This document shows, piece by piece, positions 12,603-26,458 of a stretch of 64,000 nt of DNA. Source of the stretch: Azolla caroliniana (lineage: Eukaryota; Plantae; Polypodiophyta); assembly GCA_043228905.1 (NCBI GenBank), contig JBHGNT010000015.1:12028001-12092000 (forward strand), read 5' to 3'. The notes beneath the pieces were generated by a model. The model searched no databases, was not told where the DNA came from, and saw only the letters and a list, made by a program, of their open reading frames with translations. Position numbers and translations under genes: made by a program. Each line of letters opens with the position of its first letter. Positions within the stretch are counted from its first letter, which is position 1.

Positions 12603-15600
12603 TGTTGGGATTACGGTCCCTCCGGATGGGATGGTCAGATGTCCGGGAATCGGGAATGAAGACCCGAATGAGGAGTACCCGGTATCGGATCCGGATGATG
12701 AAGACCCGGTTTCGGATCCGGATGATGAAGACCCCGGCTACGGAGCCGGATGACGAATGTACCCGGAGAGAGATCCGGATGCGGGGACATATTTGTGAAT
12801 ATGTTTGCCAAGGGCCCTCTAGGCTATATTTGTAAATAGCCCGAAAGTCATATGTGTATAAATATGACTTAGGGCAAACAGTTTTGTTGTTGTTGCTCAT
12901 TTTTCTGTTTTCCACTTAGAGGGAGCGAAGTGAGAGCAACCGAGAGAGAGAGAGTGAGAGAGAGAGAGTGAGAGAGAGAGAGAAAGGAAGAGGTCGACGC
13001 CTCTGTGTAATACCGCCGCCTGTGGCGAGGAAAGCGAGCTCAAGGTCGTCGCCTTGCAGCTCGCCATTGTACATTCCCTGCGTATAGTGATAGTTGGAGT
13101 CTTGCACTCCCGTGGTTTTTCCCGTCTAGGGTTTTCCACGCTAAACCCTGTGCATTCGAGTCTCTCTCTGTGTTTTCGATTTACTGCTGCATTGACTCGT
13201 GTTTCCTCGGTTGTGGCCGAGAGGTGAAGGTTTTGAAAGCGTCAATTTCTAACAATCTGGTATCAGAGCGACTGCAGTGCAGAAAATGGAAGGCGGCAGC
13301 AACGGGCAGCCGGGGATGATGGAGCTGAATGCGCAGAACTACGCCGACTGGAAGATAAAGATGGAGGATCTGCTCATTGTTCGGGACCTGTATGAACCGA
13401 TCGACAGGTCGGAAATACCCAAGGGGGTACTTGAGACGGAATGGAGGCTTCTGAACCGGAAAGTCGTTGCAACCATTCGGCAATACGTCGACGTGAGCGT
13501 TCTACAACATGTGGCGAACGACACCAACGCATATGAGATGTGGCAGAAGCTGTCGGGCCTCTACGAGAGGAAGAATGCGTTGAACCGGACCTCCCTGATG
13601 AGGAAGATAGTGAACCTCAAGTACCGGGACGGCGAGAGTATGGTGGAACACGTAAGCACATTCATGGGATTCGTGAACCAGCTTGTGGCGATCAAGTTCC
13701 CATTGGAGGATGCAAGCCATCATGCTGATGTGTACATTGCCGGAAAGCTGGGAGAACTTGGTGGTGACTCTCAGCACCTCCTGCACCGAAGATAACTTGT
13801 CCCTACAAACGGTAAAGACAAGCATTTTGAACGAAGAAGCGCGTCGGAGAGATAAAGAACCGGCCTCCGATCCGAAGATGCTGCTTACCGAATCGGATCG
13901 GGGAAGACAACGGAACCGGAGTCCGCAAAGACGGGAGAAGTCGGGGACCCGGTCGCAGTCAAGAGGAAGGCCCACATGCTTCCACTGTGGGAAGCCGGGG
14001 CACTTCCGAAAGAATTGTCGGCATTACCGAAAAGACAACGGAGCCGACGACACCGATTCGAAGAAGTCTTTGGAACGGAACGATGCTTACCGGGGAGCCA
14101 CGGACCGGAATGGTTCGGATCGGCGAGGGCAGGACCGGAAAGGAACGACGGCACTCGCGGCAATGAAGAGGAGATCATGCTCATCACTGAAGAAGGTGAA
14201 CTAAACATTGCCGGCGATGAGACTACCTGGGTGGTCGATTCCGGAGCGTCGTTCCACCTGACCCCGGAAAGAAGATACTTCTCATCCTACACAACCGGTG
14301 AGCATGGCTGTGTTCGGATGGGAAATGAAGGTACGTGCCGGATTGCCGGCATAGGAGACGTGTGGTTGACAACCTCGACCGGATGCAAAATGTTGCTGAA
14401 GGATGTCCGACACGTTCTGGAGGTTCGATTGAACCTGATTTCGGCCGGGAGGCTAGACGATGAAGGCTACACAGGTAGCATCCGGAACTGCGTAATGAAG
14501 TTCAGCAAGGGGAGCCTGATAGTGGCTCGGGCCCGGAAAGTCAACACACTGTACCTTATGAATGCCTGGTTGTGTCCGGAGGAGTTGAACGTGGCAGCGG
14601 ACACTGCCGGTGAGCTGTGGCACAAGAGACTGTGCCACATGAGTGAGAAGGGGATGAAGAGGCTTGCAGAAGACAACCTTATTCCAGTGAAGCATGTGCA
14701 CCTGGAGAAGTGCACCGATTGCCTGGCCGGTAAGCAGAACCGAACCTCCTTCCACTCAAGGCCACCGACGAGACGTAGCGCACCATTGGAGTTGGTGCAC
14801 ACTGACGTGTGTCAAGTAGAAACGAAGTCACATGGCGGAGCCCAGTACTTCGTGACATTCATTGATGACCACAGCCGGAAGCTGTGGACGGCACCATTCA
14901 AGACAAAGGACCAAGTGTTGTGCGTCTTCAAAGAACTCCACGCGAGAGTGGAAAGGGAATCCGGCAAGAAGCTGAAAGCGATACGAGCGGATAACGGAGG
15001 GGAATACCGGGGGCAGTTCGAGGAGTACTGTCGCTCGAAGGGAATCCGGCTCGAGTTTACTGTGCCGAAGACGCCGAAACTGAACGGGCTGGCCGAGAGG
15101 ATGAACCGGACCATAATGGAGAGGGTCCGGAGTATGCTGGCGCATGCGAAATTACCCAAGGGGTTTTGGGCTGAGGCAATGTCGACGGCGACATACGTGA
15201 TAAACAGATCACCCTCAGTACCTTTGGACGGAAACACGCCACAGAGAGTGTGGACCGGTAGGGAAGTATCCTACCGGCATCTGAAGGTGTTCGGGTGTCT
15301 CGCATATGTGCATGTGGCAAAGCACCGGAGAGGAAAGCTAGATCCAAAGACCCGGCCATGTATATTCCTCGGTTACGGCGATGACGAGTTCGGCTACCGA
15401 GTATGGGACCCGGTCGACAAAAAGATATTCCGGAGTCGTGATATCATCTTCATGGAGGACAAGACACTCGCCGACTGGGAGTCGGAGAAGAAGACGAAGA
15501 GCTCCAAGTCGACCGGTGAGGATCAACTCTACGAGGAGCAGTCCCGACCGGCAAGGGACCGGTTAGCACTCGTGGATCCGGCCGAAGACGGTGAAGAAAC

Positions 15601-18042
15601 AGAACCGGCCGAGGAAGATGAAACTAATACCGGAACCGGCCCCGATCCCGAAATGGATTCGGATGAAGAGGAAACGGAGGCGCCGGTTACCGAAGCTCCG
15701 GAACGGAGATATCCTCTAAGAGAGAGAAGGGCCCCCCGGAGATTTCCGGAACTAGAGCACGTGCTGCTAACCGACGAGGGGGAGCCGGAGAGTTTTGAAG
15801 AAGCAAAGCTTGACACCCATAGCCGCAGGTGGTTAAGTGCCATGCAGGAGGAGATGGATTCCCTGCATGAGAACCACACATATGAACTTGTGGAGTTGCC
15901 GAAAGGAAAGCGGGCACTTCGAAACAAGTGGGTGTTCAAGCTGAAACCGGGAGATGCCGGAAACCCCCCGAGATACAAAGCCAGGATCGTGGTGAAGGGG
16001 TTCCAGCAGAAGAAGGGCGTCGACTTCGACGAGATATTTGCCCCGGTAGTGAAGATGACCTCCATCCGGACGGTGCTGAGCATAGCGGCAAGCATGGACC
16101 TCGAGGTAGAACAGATGGACGTGAAGACGGCATTCCTTCACGGTGACCTCGAAGAAGAGATCTACATGCAGCAACCGGAAGGATTCGAGAAGAAAGGGAA
16201 GGAGCACCTGCTATGCCGGTTGAAGAAGAGCCTTTACGGACTGAAGCAGGCTCCCCGGCAATGGTACCGGAAGTTCAACTCTTTCATTACCGACGAATGC
16301 TACCACAAAACGCAGTTCGATCACTGCGTGTTTGTGAAGAAGTTCAAAGGAGGAGACTTTCTAATACTCCTCCTGTACGTGGACGACATGTTGATCGTCG
16401 GACGGGACCAGGTCAAGATACGGATGCTGAAGAAAGCGCTTCACCGAACCTTCTCAATGAAGGACCTGGGTCCGGCGAGGCAAATACTAGGGATGCACAT
16501 CGTCCGGGACCGGAAGAAGAAGCAGTTGTGGCTGTCACAAGAGAAGTACGTGACAAAGGTGCTTCACCGGTTCAACATGTCGGAAGCAAGACCGGTCGGG
16601 TCAACCCTCTCGGCAAACTGCAAGTTGTCCAGCAAGCAAAGCCCCAAGACAAAGGCTGAGAAGGAGGAAATGATGAAAGTACCATATGCCTCTGCCGTCG
16701 GAAGCTTGATGTACGCAATGGTGTGTACAAGACCGGACATAGGATATGCAGTTGGAGTGGTGAGCCGGTACATGAGCAATCCCGGCAAAGAGCACTGGAA
16801 CGCGGCCAAGTGGATACTCCGATACCTGAAGGGCACGGCAAACGTGTGCCTCCGATTCGGCTCCGGTAAGCCCGAACTCGACGGCTTTACCGATTCGGAT
16901 ATGTCGGCTGATGCAGATACCAGCCGGTCCACATCAGGGTATGTGATGACGTATGCAGGGGGAGCTATTTCGTGGCAGTCGAGGCTGCAGAAGACGGTTG
17001 CGTTGTCAACCACGGAGGCGGAGTACATGGCGGCTGTTGAAGCCGGCAAGGAAATAATATGGATGAAGGACTTCATTAGAGAGCTCAGTATCCGGCAGGA
17101 GGAGTACCGACTCTACTGCGACAGTGAGAGTGCCATCCACCTTGCGAAGAATGCGGCCTATCACTCCCGGACGAAGCACATCCAGCGAAGATATCACTGG
17201 ATCCGGGAAAGGATAGAAGACCAGGAGTTCGTGCTGACGAAGATCCACACGGACGAGAACGGGTCAGATATGCTGACCAAAGTGCTCACACCCGACAAGC
17301 TGGAAGCGTGCCGGAAGAGGGTCGGACTGGAAAGACATCCCATGCCGAAGTGAAGGGGGAGTTTGTTGGGATTACGGTCCCTCCGGATGGGATGGTCAGA
17401 TGTCCGGGAATCGGGAATGAAGACCCGAATGAGGAGTACCCGGTATCGGAACCGGATGATGAAGACCCGGTTTCGGATCCGGATGATGAAGACCCGGTTT
17501 CGGATCCGGATGATGAAGACCCCGGCTACGGAGCCGGATGACGAATGTACCCGGAGAGAGATCCGGATGCGGGGACATATTTGTGAATATGTTTGCCAAG
17601 GGCCCTCTAGGCTATATTTGTAAATAGCCCGAAAGTCATATGTGTATAAATATGACTTAGGGCAAACAGTTTTGTTGTTGTTGCTCATTTTTCTGTTTTC
17701 CACTTAGAGGGAGCGAAGTGAGAGCAACCGAGAGAGAGAGAGTGAGAGAGAGAGAGTGAGAGAGAGAGAGAAAGGAAGAGGTCGACGCCTCTGTGTAATA
17801 CCGCCGCCTGTGGCGAGGAAAGCGAGCTCAAGGTCGTCGCCTTGCAGCTCGCCATTGTACATTCCCTGCGTATAGTGATAGTTGGAGTCTTGCACTCCCG
17901 TGGTTTTTCCCGTCTAGGGTTTTCCACGCTAAACCCTGTGCATTCGAGTCTCTCTCTGTGTTTTCGATTTACTGCTGCATTGACTCGTGTTTCCTCGGTT
18001 GTGGCCGAGAGGTGAAGGTTTTGAAAGCGTCAATTTCTAACA
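12603..18042 (+). mobile_element. Full-length Ty1/copia element A (Tnt1/Tork-like), young
   Basis: LTRs 12603-13254 and 17364-18042 are nearly identical. TSD TTACC. PBS TGGTATCAGAGC (tRNA-iMet) at 13258-13269. PPT GAAGGGGGAG at 17352-17361. Confidence 0.97.
13286..17353 (+). pseudogene. gag-pol: Copia A gag-pol with two frameshifts in gag
   Basis: Relative to copia B there is a 5-bp deletion near 13712 and a 1-bp deletion near 14163. PR VVDSGAS, INT, RT YVDD and RH are open in 13976-17353. Confidence 0.93.
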
Positions 18043-18474
18043 TTACCGGCCAGCAAAGGAGTCCAGAGTGTGAAATGAAGGAGTTATTTAATTATTAGGA
18101 ATGGTTATATGTAAGCTATGAGTGTGGACGGACGGACCGGAATCGGTATGCCGTTCCGGATCTGGACCGATCCCGAACAGGTGCGGATGGCACCGTTTTG
18201 TACTACAGACCGGAAACCTATTTAAAGGCCCGGATACAATGTAATGAGGAGCGGTTAATTAATAAAGCTTAGTGTTGTTATCTCTCTATGTTAATTTCCG
18301 TTCTGCATTCATTGTTATATCTTACGCGTGTGATTATTAAGGACGATCTTGTTAAGTAGCCTAATTAAGTCAGATTAATGGTTGAGTCTAATCCTATTGC
18401 CATAACACCCCTTTGGTGAAGTGTCTTCCATAGACACCCTATGTTAGGCCATTGTCCGGCCCTAAGAGTTAACA

Positions 18475-19360
18475 CCATGTTGGTATAATAGTCCCCAGTC
18501 CTTCGTGCCGCTAACATACCGGAGTATCCGGTGTGTGCACTGAAGGTGCTCGACGGTTGCCTTCTGCATGAACTGGCTGATCACTCCGACTACATAACTG
18601 ATGTCAGGTCGGGTGATTGTCAAGTAGATAAGGATTCAGACAATTTTTTGGAATTGTTTCTCATCGCAGGCTGGTCCGGAGTCGGGACGTAGCTTCATGT
18701 TCTTGTCCAGGGGTGTGGAGATCGATCGGGATTCAGTCATGCCGAACTTGTATGACATATTCAACACATAATGCCATTGTGAGAGCAATATGCTGTTGGG
18801 GGTTCGGATAACCTCGATGCCAAGGAAATAATGAAGGTCCCCTAGGTCCTTCATCTCAAATGTGTCCGACAACTGGGCCTTGACACAACCGATTCCATTG
18901 AGTGCGGGTTTGGTGATGACTAAATCGTCTACATAAAGTAAGATGCAAACAGGTCATCCGCACCTTGCCAGATGAACAATGAAGAGTTGGATTTAGAGGC
19001 CACAAACCCCATCTTCTGTAACCAGTGTGTGATCTCCGCGTTCCAAGCTCGGGGGGCTTGTTTTAGACCGTAAAATGACTTCTTGAGTCGGCACACCGTC
19101 GACTTGTTCATCTCTGACTGGAAACCGGGGGGTTGGATTATATAGATCTGTTCTTCAAGGTTGCCTTGAAGAAACACATTCTTCATGTCCATTTGGTGAA
19201 GATTCCATCCCCTTGCCGCAGCAACCACCAACACTACACAAACCATTGTCATTTTCGTTACCGGAGCGAAGGTCTCGTCGTAGTCGATTACGTGAGTCTG
19301 CATATCCCATCGCCACTAGCCGGGCCTTGTACCGGTTAACCGAACTGTCGGCATTGTACT
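18475..19360 (-). pseudogene. pol: Copia H reverse transcriptase segment
   Basis: RYKARLVA, DYDETFAPV, LHQMD, YGLKQAPRAW and MKDLGDLHYFLGIEV. Confidence 0.92.
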
Positions 19361-20250
19361 TGTTGAGAGATAAGCTCAACATTGGCCGGATTGGCTGAGC
19401 AAGCCAAGGACCGGATCGGTTGGGACCGATCGGTTGGGCCGGATCGGTTGGAAACCGATACGCAGACCGGTGCGTTGGAAGGCCGGATCAGTGCAGAAAC
19501 CGAGAGGCCATCGGAAAGATATTCCGCAAGGAATATATTTGGGAGTTAGTGTAGGGGCTCCTTATGAGCATTGAAGTACTGTCAGTACTTCTGTCAGTCC
19601 GAAAAGGACTTGTATAAAAGTGTTCATTGAACACACACAATGTACAGATTGAGTATTATTTTTTGAAAAAGTTCTTGTGTTTACTCTCACTCTGTCTCTC
19701 CCGTGCATAATGTGCAAACCTAAGCTTTCCATTAAACCTGAGATTTCTGTTGTTGGGTTTCCTATATTGCTTCCGCACGCTGTTACCGGCCGGCAAGGAG
19801 TCCAAAATACGGAGTGAAGGAATTAATTAGATATGGTTGTAAATGAGCATAGTGTGGACGGACGGACTGGAAACGGTATGCCGTTCCAGATCCGGACGGA
19901 TCCCGAATAGGTGCGAGAGGCACCGTTTTGTACTACGGGCCGGAAACCTATTTAAAGGCCCGGACCCCATTGTAATCGCAGCGGATAATTAATAGAGCTT
20001 ATGTTGTTTATACTTCTGTCTTGATTTCCGTTCTGTAATTACTGTTATATCTTACGCGTGTAATTAACCGAAGCATTCTAATCGTGTAACCTATGTAAGT
20101 CGGTGTAATCGTTGAATCTTAATCCTATGCCGTAATCACCCTTTGGTGAAGTGTCTCTGTGACACCTTGTGTTAGGCCTTGTCCGGCTAGAGAATAACAC
20201 AGTTTTGGCGACCACGATTCCTGCTTTCTCGCAGCGAACGACGGTAATGG

Positions 20251-23200
20251 ATGACTAGACCAACGCACGACTTGGTTACAGACCGAGCTCGACGCCTCGG
20301 CGAACGGCAAAGACGACGTGAGACTTTCCAGCAAGCAGCGCAGGAAATTCGCTCGGATCGTTCGTTCTCCAACGAGATCCGGAGAGTCGCGGAGGAATCT
20401 CTCCGGTTACGGCAAACTCGCGACCAGGACGACGGAAGCAGTCTAAGTAGTCTCCGGGAAACCGAACGCCTCCTGGAGGCGCTGGCAAGCGGAGAAAACG
20501 AGGCAGAAGCCTTTTCAGCCTACGAATCGGATTCCGAAGGGGGATACAGCGTGCACACGAACTACCGGAGCAGCAACGATACCCCCGGCGGCCCGGAAGA
20601 CGACGGGTCGGATACCGTGCCGACTCCAGAACCGGAACCGCTCAACCAGGGCTATCCGGAACCGCAAACGGAAGCCGTCAACCCACCAACACCGGAAGTG
20701 GAAGAAGCAAAGCCACCAACACCAACGAAAGAGCCGGCAAAGGTACCGGAAGAAGAGCCGGAAAAAGAACCGGAAAAAGCACCGGCAAACGAACCGGAAG
20801 TGGAACCGGAAAAAGAACCGGAAAGATATCAACAAACGCCACTAAACCGCGGCCTAATACTGGACGACGACATGCCGTTCCAATACTCAAAGTATCGCGA
20901 TGACCCGGACGCGGAAGCGCATGTTCATGACTTCGAGCAGACATGGGAAGCAAATCACACGTCCCAGCGAATGACACCGGAGGAAGAAGAACGCTCGAAG
21001 ATAGCGGAATTCGGAGTCACGTTGGAGGGACCAGCGACACAATGGCGGCGCACGCAGGACCCGGCGACCATCACAACCTTTGCAGAATTAAAAGCAAAAT
21101 TCTTGCATTTTTTCCACAAGGAGGTCGACCAGACGACAATGGTGGGCCTGTTTTATACGATCCGGCAGGAGGCAGGGGAAAGCATTCCCCAATTCGTCAT
21201 CCGTTTCCAATGAATGCATAGCCAGCTTGCCCGTGCACCCCCGGAGGAGGAATTACGGACGATATTTTTAAACGCACTCCGGGAACCGTTACGCACGGTG
21301 TGTACGGTAATCGACTTTCGAGGATGCACCATCGACCAGGTCATTGACCGGGTCAGAGAAATGGAAAAGACAAGCTCATGGCTTACGCTGGGAACACTGC
21401 AACGGGCGTTACCCACCGAGGAAGATCTCCGGTTCCGGCAGGCAATTCAATGCACAATCTGCTTGAATGCCGGACACTCGGCAGTAGAGTGCACCATGCG
21501 CACTCAGTGTGTGATTTGTCAATCCAAGAGTCATACAACGGACCGGTGCGAGTACAACCTGTTAAATCGACAAGCACCACCCGTCCGACGGATCGAGCCA
21601 AGAAGCAGCCGAGACGAAGATGACGATCGTTGGCAAAGAATGAACCGGTACCCACCGGCACAGGATGTCCGGTACGGGGACAGGCAAGAGAATGATGGCC
21701 AGTACGGGAATCGGCGTGATAACTACGACCGGTATGAGCGATCGGACCGTTATCGGGAGCCCAACAGACGACACGAGCAATACGACAGAGACCATTCCCC
21801 GGGTTACCGAAGGCACCAGGAGGACTACGGCCGATTTTACGATCTACCACGACCGGACTACCGAAATAAAAATAAGAATAATAAGAAACGTAATTTCAAG
21901 AAAGGTGGTCACACTAGGGACCCGGAACAGGGAACCCCAAGGAGCCAACCGGCACAGAACGCACCACTCACTACGGGACCAACTCCGGCTACCAGCAATG
22001 CTGAATCCAGCAATACCCGTAAAGAGTACTGCTACTACTGCAGGCAGGAAGGCCACTACAGTAACCAGTGCCCGGTAAAGAGCTACGAGAAACGACCAGC
22101 AGTTAATATGGTGGTTCCGGAAGTGGCGGATTTACAGCAAGTAACCACACGGTCGAAAGGCATGGCCAAAGAATGGGAAACACAAGAGGCCATACGAAAA
22201 CAGGCGACGGAATGGGTGAAGGAAGCCAATGAAAGGAACGTCGCGGACGCGGAACGGCAAAAGGCGAATACCATAGGGAGTGCCGGCGGTAGCCACCCAG
22301 AAAACGAGACATGGCAAGCACTGCAAGAATGTCAGATCACGTTACCATTAGGAAGACTCTTGCAGCTCGTGCCGCGATTCATAGAAGGACTAAAAACGGT
22401 CATGACAGACGGTATAACCCCACCGACACCAGTCCTCTTCTCGAATCCGGAGGAGGGACCGACGGTGGTGGACGCTAGTAGTCCGGCGATTACAGCTATT
22501 GTCAAAGGGCACAAACTTCCCGGCACCGTAATCGATGGAGGTTCCGGGGTGAACGTAATAAGCCTCCGTACGTGTGATGCCTTGGGAATACATGAATGGG
22601 AGCCATGCCCGTTCTGGCTACGGATGGCGGATACGAGCTCTGTACGGCCGACGGGCTTAATACGGAAATTGGAAGTCACCATAGGAGGCCACACATTTCA
22701 CATCTCGGCTGTCGTGCTGCAGCTACAGGCGCAAGGCGCGTACCCACTATTGCTGGGCAGACCATGGTTGAAAACAGCACACATCAAGCAAAATTGGCGA
22801 AAAAATATGATTACCTTCCGGCGCGGAAAAGCCAAGGTCCGGGTACCGACACAACCACGGACGAGCAACGGTAAGGAATGCACACCGCTGTATGCGGAAT
22901 GTGTGAACATGCTTGAAGGATTGGCAGACGACGAAGAAGCCCAGTACTTGGAGGAACACCCGAAGATCGTACCACTCTTCGAGATTGACGTAGCTGAAGC
23001 CGTAGCCGCATACTTGCCGCAGCGGGACGACACCGAAGCCGAACCAGACAAAGATGCGATTCGGGAATTACGGCAAGCACAGGAAGCGTTGGAACGGGAA
23101 ATGGCCGTTTCCCAACGGGTAAAAGCATCCCAGCTCGACGAAGTGAACCTAGGAAGCAAGGACGAATCAAAGCCGGTACACATCGCCAAAGAAATGAAGC

Positions 23201-26072
23201 CGGAAGATAAAGCGGCGATGATCAAACTTCTCACGGAGTTTCGCGACGTATTCGCCTGGTCATACGAAGACATGCGAGGGCTGGACCCTCAATTATATCA
23301 GCATCAGATCCACTTAGGCAAGGACGCGAAACCAGTGACGCAAAGACGATACCGAATGAACCCCAACTACGCCGCCAAAGTGAAGGAGGAAATCGACAAA
23401 CTCCTAAGAGTGGGCTTCATCCGTCCGGTAAAGAAAGCGACGTGGCTGAGCCCCATCGTCGTCGTCCCAAAGAAGAACGGTAAAATCCGTGTGTGTGTAG
23501 ATTACAGGAAACTAAATGCCGCCACAATTACGGATGCATTCCCTCTTCCGTTCACGGATGGAGTACTGGATGCCGTCGCCGGCCATGACGTTTATAGCTT
23601 TTTAGACGGCTTCAGCGGATACAATCAAATCCGGATGCACCCCGACGACCAGGAGAAGACAGCGTTCGTCACCGAATGGGGGGTGTTTGTGGCCGAAGTC
23701 ATGATGTTCGGCCTAAAAACGGCACCAGCAACTTTCCAGCGAATCATCATGGAGATCTTCGGCGAATACATTCCTGCCTTCATGCAAGTTTTCCTGGATG
23801 ATTTTGCAGTCTATGGTTATGCCTTGAAAAGTGTAGGTTATACCGGCTAAGCTTAAACCCAGCAAAATGCATCTTTGGGGTTTCAAGTGGAATATTGCTG
23901 GGACACATTGTAAGTAAGGAGGGCATTGCGGTCGACCCGGACAAAGTAAACGCCATACTAGGGGCACCGGCGCCGAAAACGGCCAAAGCACTAAGCCGAT
24001 TCTTAGGACAGATCCGGTGGCACAGCCGGATGCTCCGTCACTTGGCTGACTTGGCTACACCATTACACACCGCGGTACATCGGACACCGTTCCAATGGAC
24101 GGATACGGAGGATAAGGCATACAATGCCCTGAAGGTACTTTTATCGCAAGCACCCGTCGTGCAGCCTCCGGATTGGAGCAAGGAATTTCATGTGTTCGTG
24201 GACGCTTCCGACATCGCTATTGGCAGCGCCTTAATGCAACTTACGGAGCCTAAATGGTACCGGCCGGTATATTACGCCAGCCGGAAGCTGTCCCAAGCGG
24301 AGAAGAACTATTCAACGACGGAACGGGAGGCCCTGGGCATGATCTACAGTGTAACAAAGTTTCGTCACTACCTATTGGGAAGGAAGTTCTCCTTCCATGT
24401 GGATCACTCGGCGCTCCTCTACTTAGTTTCCAAGGCGTCCTTGACCGGTAAGTTGGCCCGTTGGACCTTGCTGTTGCAGGAGTTCGAATTCGAGATTTTC
24501 CACCGGCCCGGTATCCAGCATGCCGTAGCAGACTACCTGAGCCGGTTAGAGTCCGGAGAACCAGGCGACGGAGTAGCGGATGAATTCCCGGACGCGGAGT
24601 TATTCCGTATCACCCCGGAAACGGCAGCGGACGACACGGTGGCGTCAGAAGATAAATGGCTGACAAACATGCACCAGTTCCTAAGCACGGGCCTGCCACC
24701 GGAGGAAATGAACCGGGACGAGAGGAAACGACTGGCGGTGCAGAGCCGCAATTTCTGTCTGTTACGGGACACTCTCTACCACAAAGGAGCAGATGGAATA
24801 TGGAGACGGGCAGTCCGTAGTGACGAGAAAGAAGTAATCTTACGGGAAGCACAATGTGGGGTTGCCGGAGGACACTATGCCGGGGAAGCGACGGCGAGGA
24901 AAGTATGGCAGAGCGGCTTATGGTGGCCCACGACGTTAAAAGACGCCGTCAAGTATGCTAAGGAATGTGACCTATGCCAACGAATGGGCCAGCCTACGGA
25001 GCAAGCACGGATGCCACACCAACCGGTACTTCCACTAGAGCCATTCCAGAAGTGGGGGTTGGATTTTGTCGGACCGTTCAAGCCACCGGCAATGAGAACA
25101 GGTAATCGTTATGTCATCGTGGCAACGGATTATTGCACGAAATGGGTGGAAGCTAAGGCCCTGAGAGACAACACCGCGTCATCCACAGCAAAATTCCTGT
25201 ACGAAAACATTTGGTGCCGGTATGGATGTCCGATTGAATTAATCAACGACCAAGGAGGCCACTTCCTTGGCCAGGTAGTGGAAAGCTTAACAACGTTCTA
25301 TGCCGTGGTCCATAAACGAAGCACACCGTACTACCCACAGGCGAACGGGTTAGCAGAGTCCACCAACAAAACGCTGCAGAACATTCTCCGCAAAATTGTC
25401 AATGAAAACCGGACGGACTGGGACACAAAGCTCCATAGTGCGCTATGGGCGTACAGAACGGCATACAAAACAAGTATCCGGACAACGCCGTTCCGGTTAG
25501 CATTCGGCTTAGAAGCGGTCATGCCGGTGGAATTTCAGGTACCAAGCTTACGGATCCAACTACGGGAACGGCTGAATGAAAAGAAGTCGGAGGAAATGCG
25601 GCTAGCAGCACTATGCGAACTGGAGGAGCAACGGCTGGCCAGCATCCTACACATGGAACTGGAGCAACGACGACGGAAAGCGTTCGTTGACCGTCACCGA
25701 AAAGGTAATGAGAAGATGTTCGAAATCGGAAAGCCGGTGCTAGTATTCCAAACGAGGATGGGCAAGATGCCGGGTAAACTCCGGTTTAGATGGACAGGCC
25801 CGTATTGGCTGACACGGGAATACAACGGGTCCTATCAGATAGGGACACTTGCCGGTGAAGTACTAGGCAAGTGGGTAAACGGATTTCGACTAAAACCCTA
25901 TAAAGGACCGATGCCAAAGAACCCGTTTATGCAGCTCACCGGCACTACACCGGGATCGGTACGTATCGGTCCGGAAGAAAAAGACGACGGGGAACCAGTA
26001 GCAGAGGCGAAGGAAGACACGGCAACCCGTAAGGAAAACGGTAAGGGTCCGAGGGGACCTATGGATGTGTAA
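20251..26072 (+). pseudogene. gag-pol: G2 gag-pol, originally one ORF; TGA at 21211 and a ~31-bp deletion just after FLDD
   Basis: ORFs 20251-21213, 21214-23850 and 23895-26072. PR VIDGGSGVN, RT, RH, HHCC and DDE integrase. No chromodomain seen. Confidence 0.94.
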
Positions 26073-26458
26073 GGTCACACACCGTCATTAAAAAAATAAA
26101 AAAATAAAAAAAAAAATAAAAAAAAAAAAAATCATTAAAAATCGAGGTATGAACGGGTGTGAAAGCAAGGCGCGAAAAGGTACGTAGTGGGCATTTAAGA
26201 GCCGCCACGCTACTTAATACTAAATTGGTACACGACGCGTGCATGCTCGAAAAAGGCGCCAAAACGCACAAAGAAGAAGCAGAACGCATGGAGACCTTTT
26301 CATTTCGCGAGCCAAGAAGCACAGAAGCACCAAGACAGTGGAAGCTGAGCAAACGCGAACCTGCACGCAGAGAACCCCCACGTTCAGAACGCTCTCTCTC
26401 TCGTCCTCACTCTCATCACCACTCTACCTCGCCATCTTTCCTCGACCTCGAAGCAGAC

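Larger units (their letters stand above)
2333..18474 (+). mobile_element. Ty3/gypsy element G1 (non-chromovirus, Athila-like RT/RH) with extra 3' ORF; decayed
   Basis: 5' LTR 2333-2766; 3' LTR 12596-12602 plus 18048-18474, split by copia A. TSD CCATG. About 18 LTR differences counted by eye. Order gag-PR-RT-RH-INT. Confidence 0.95.
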
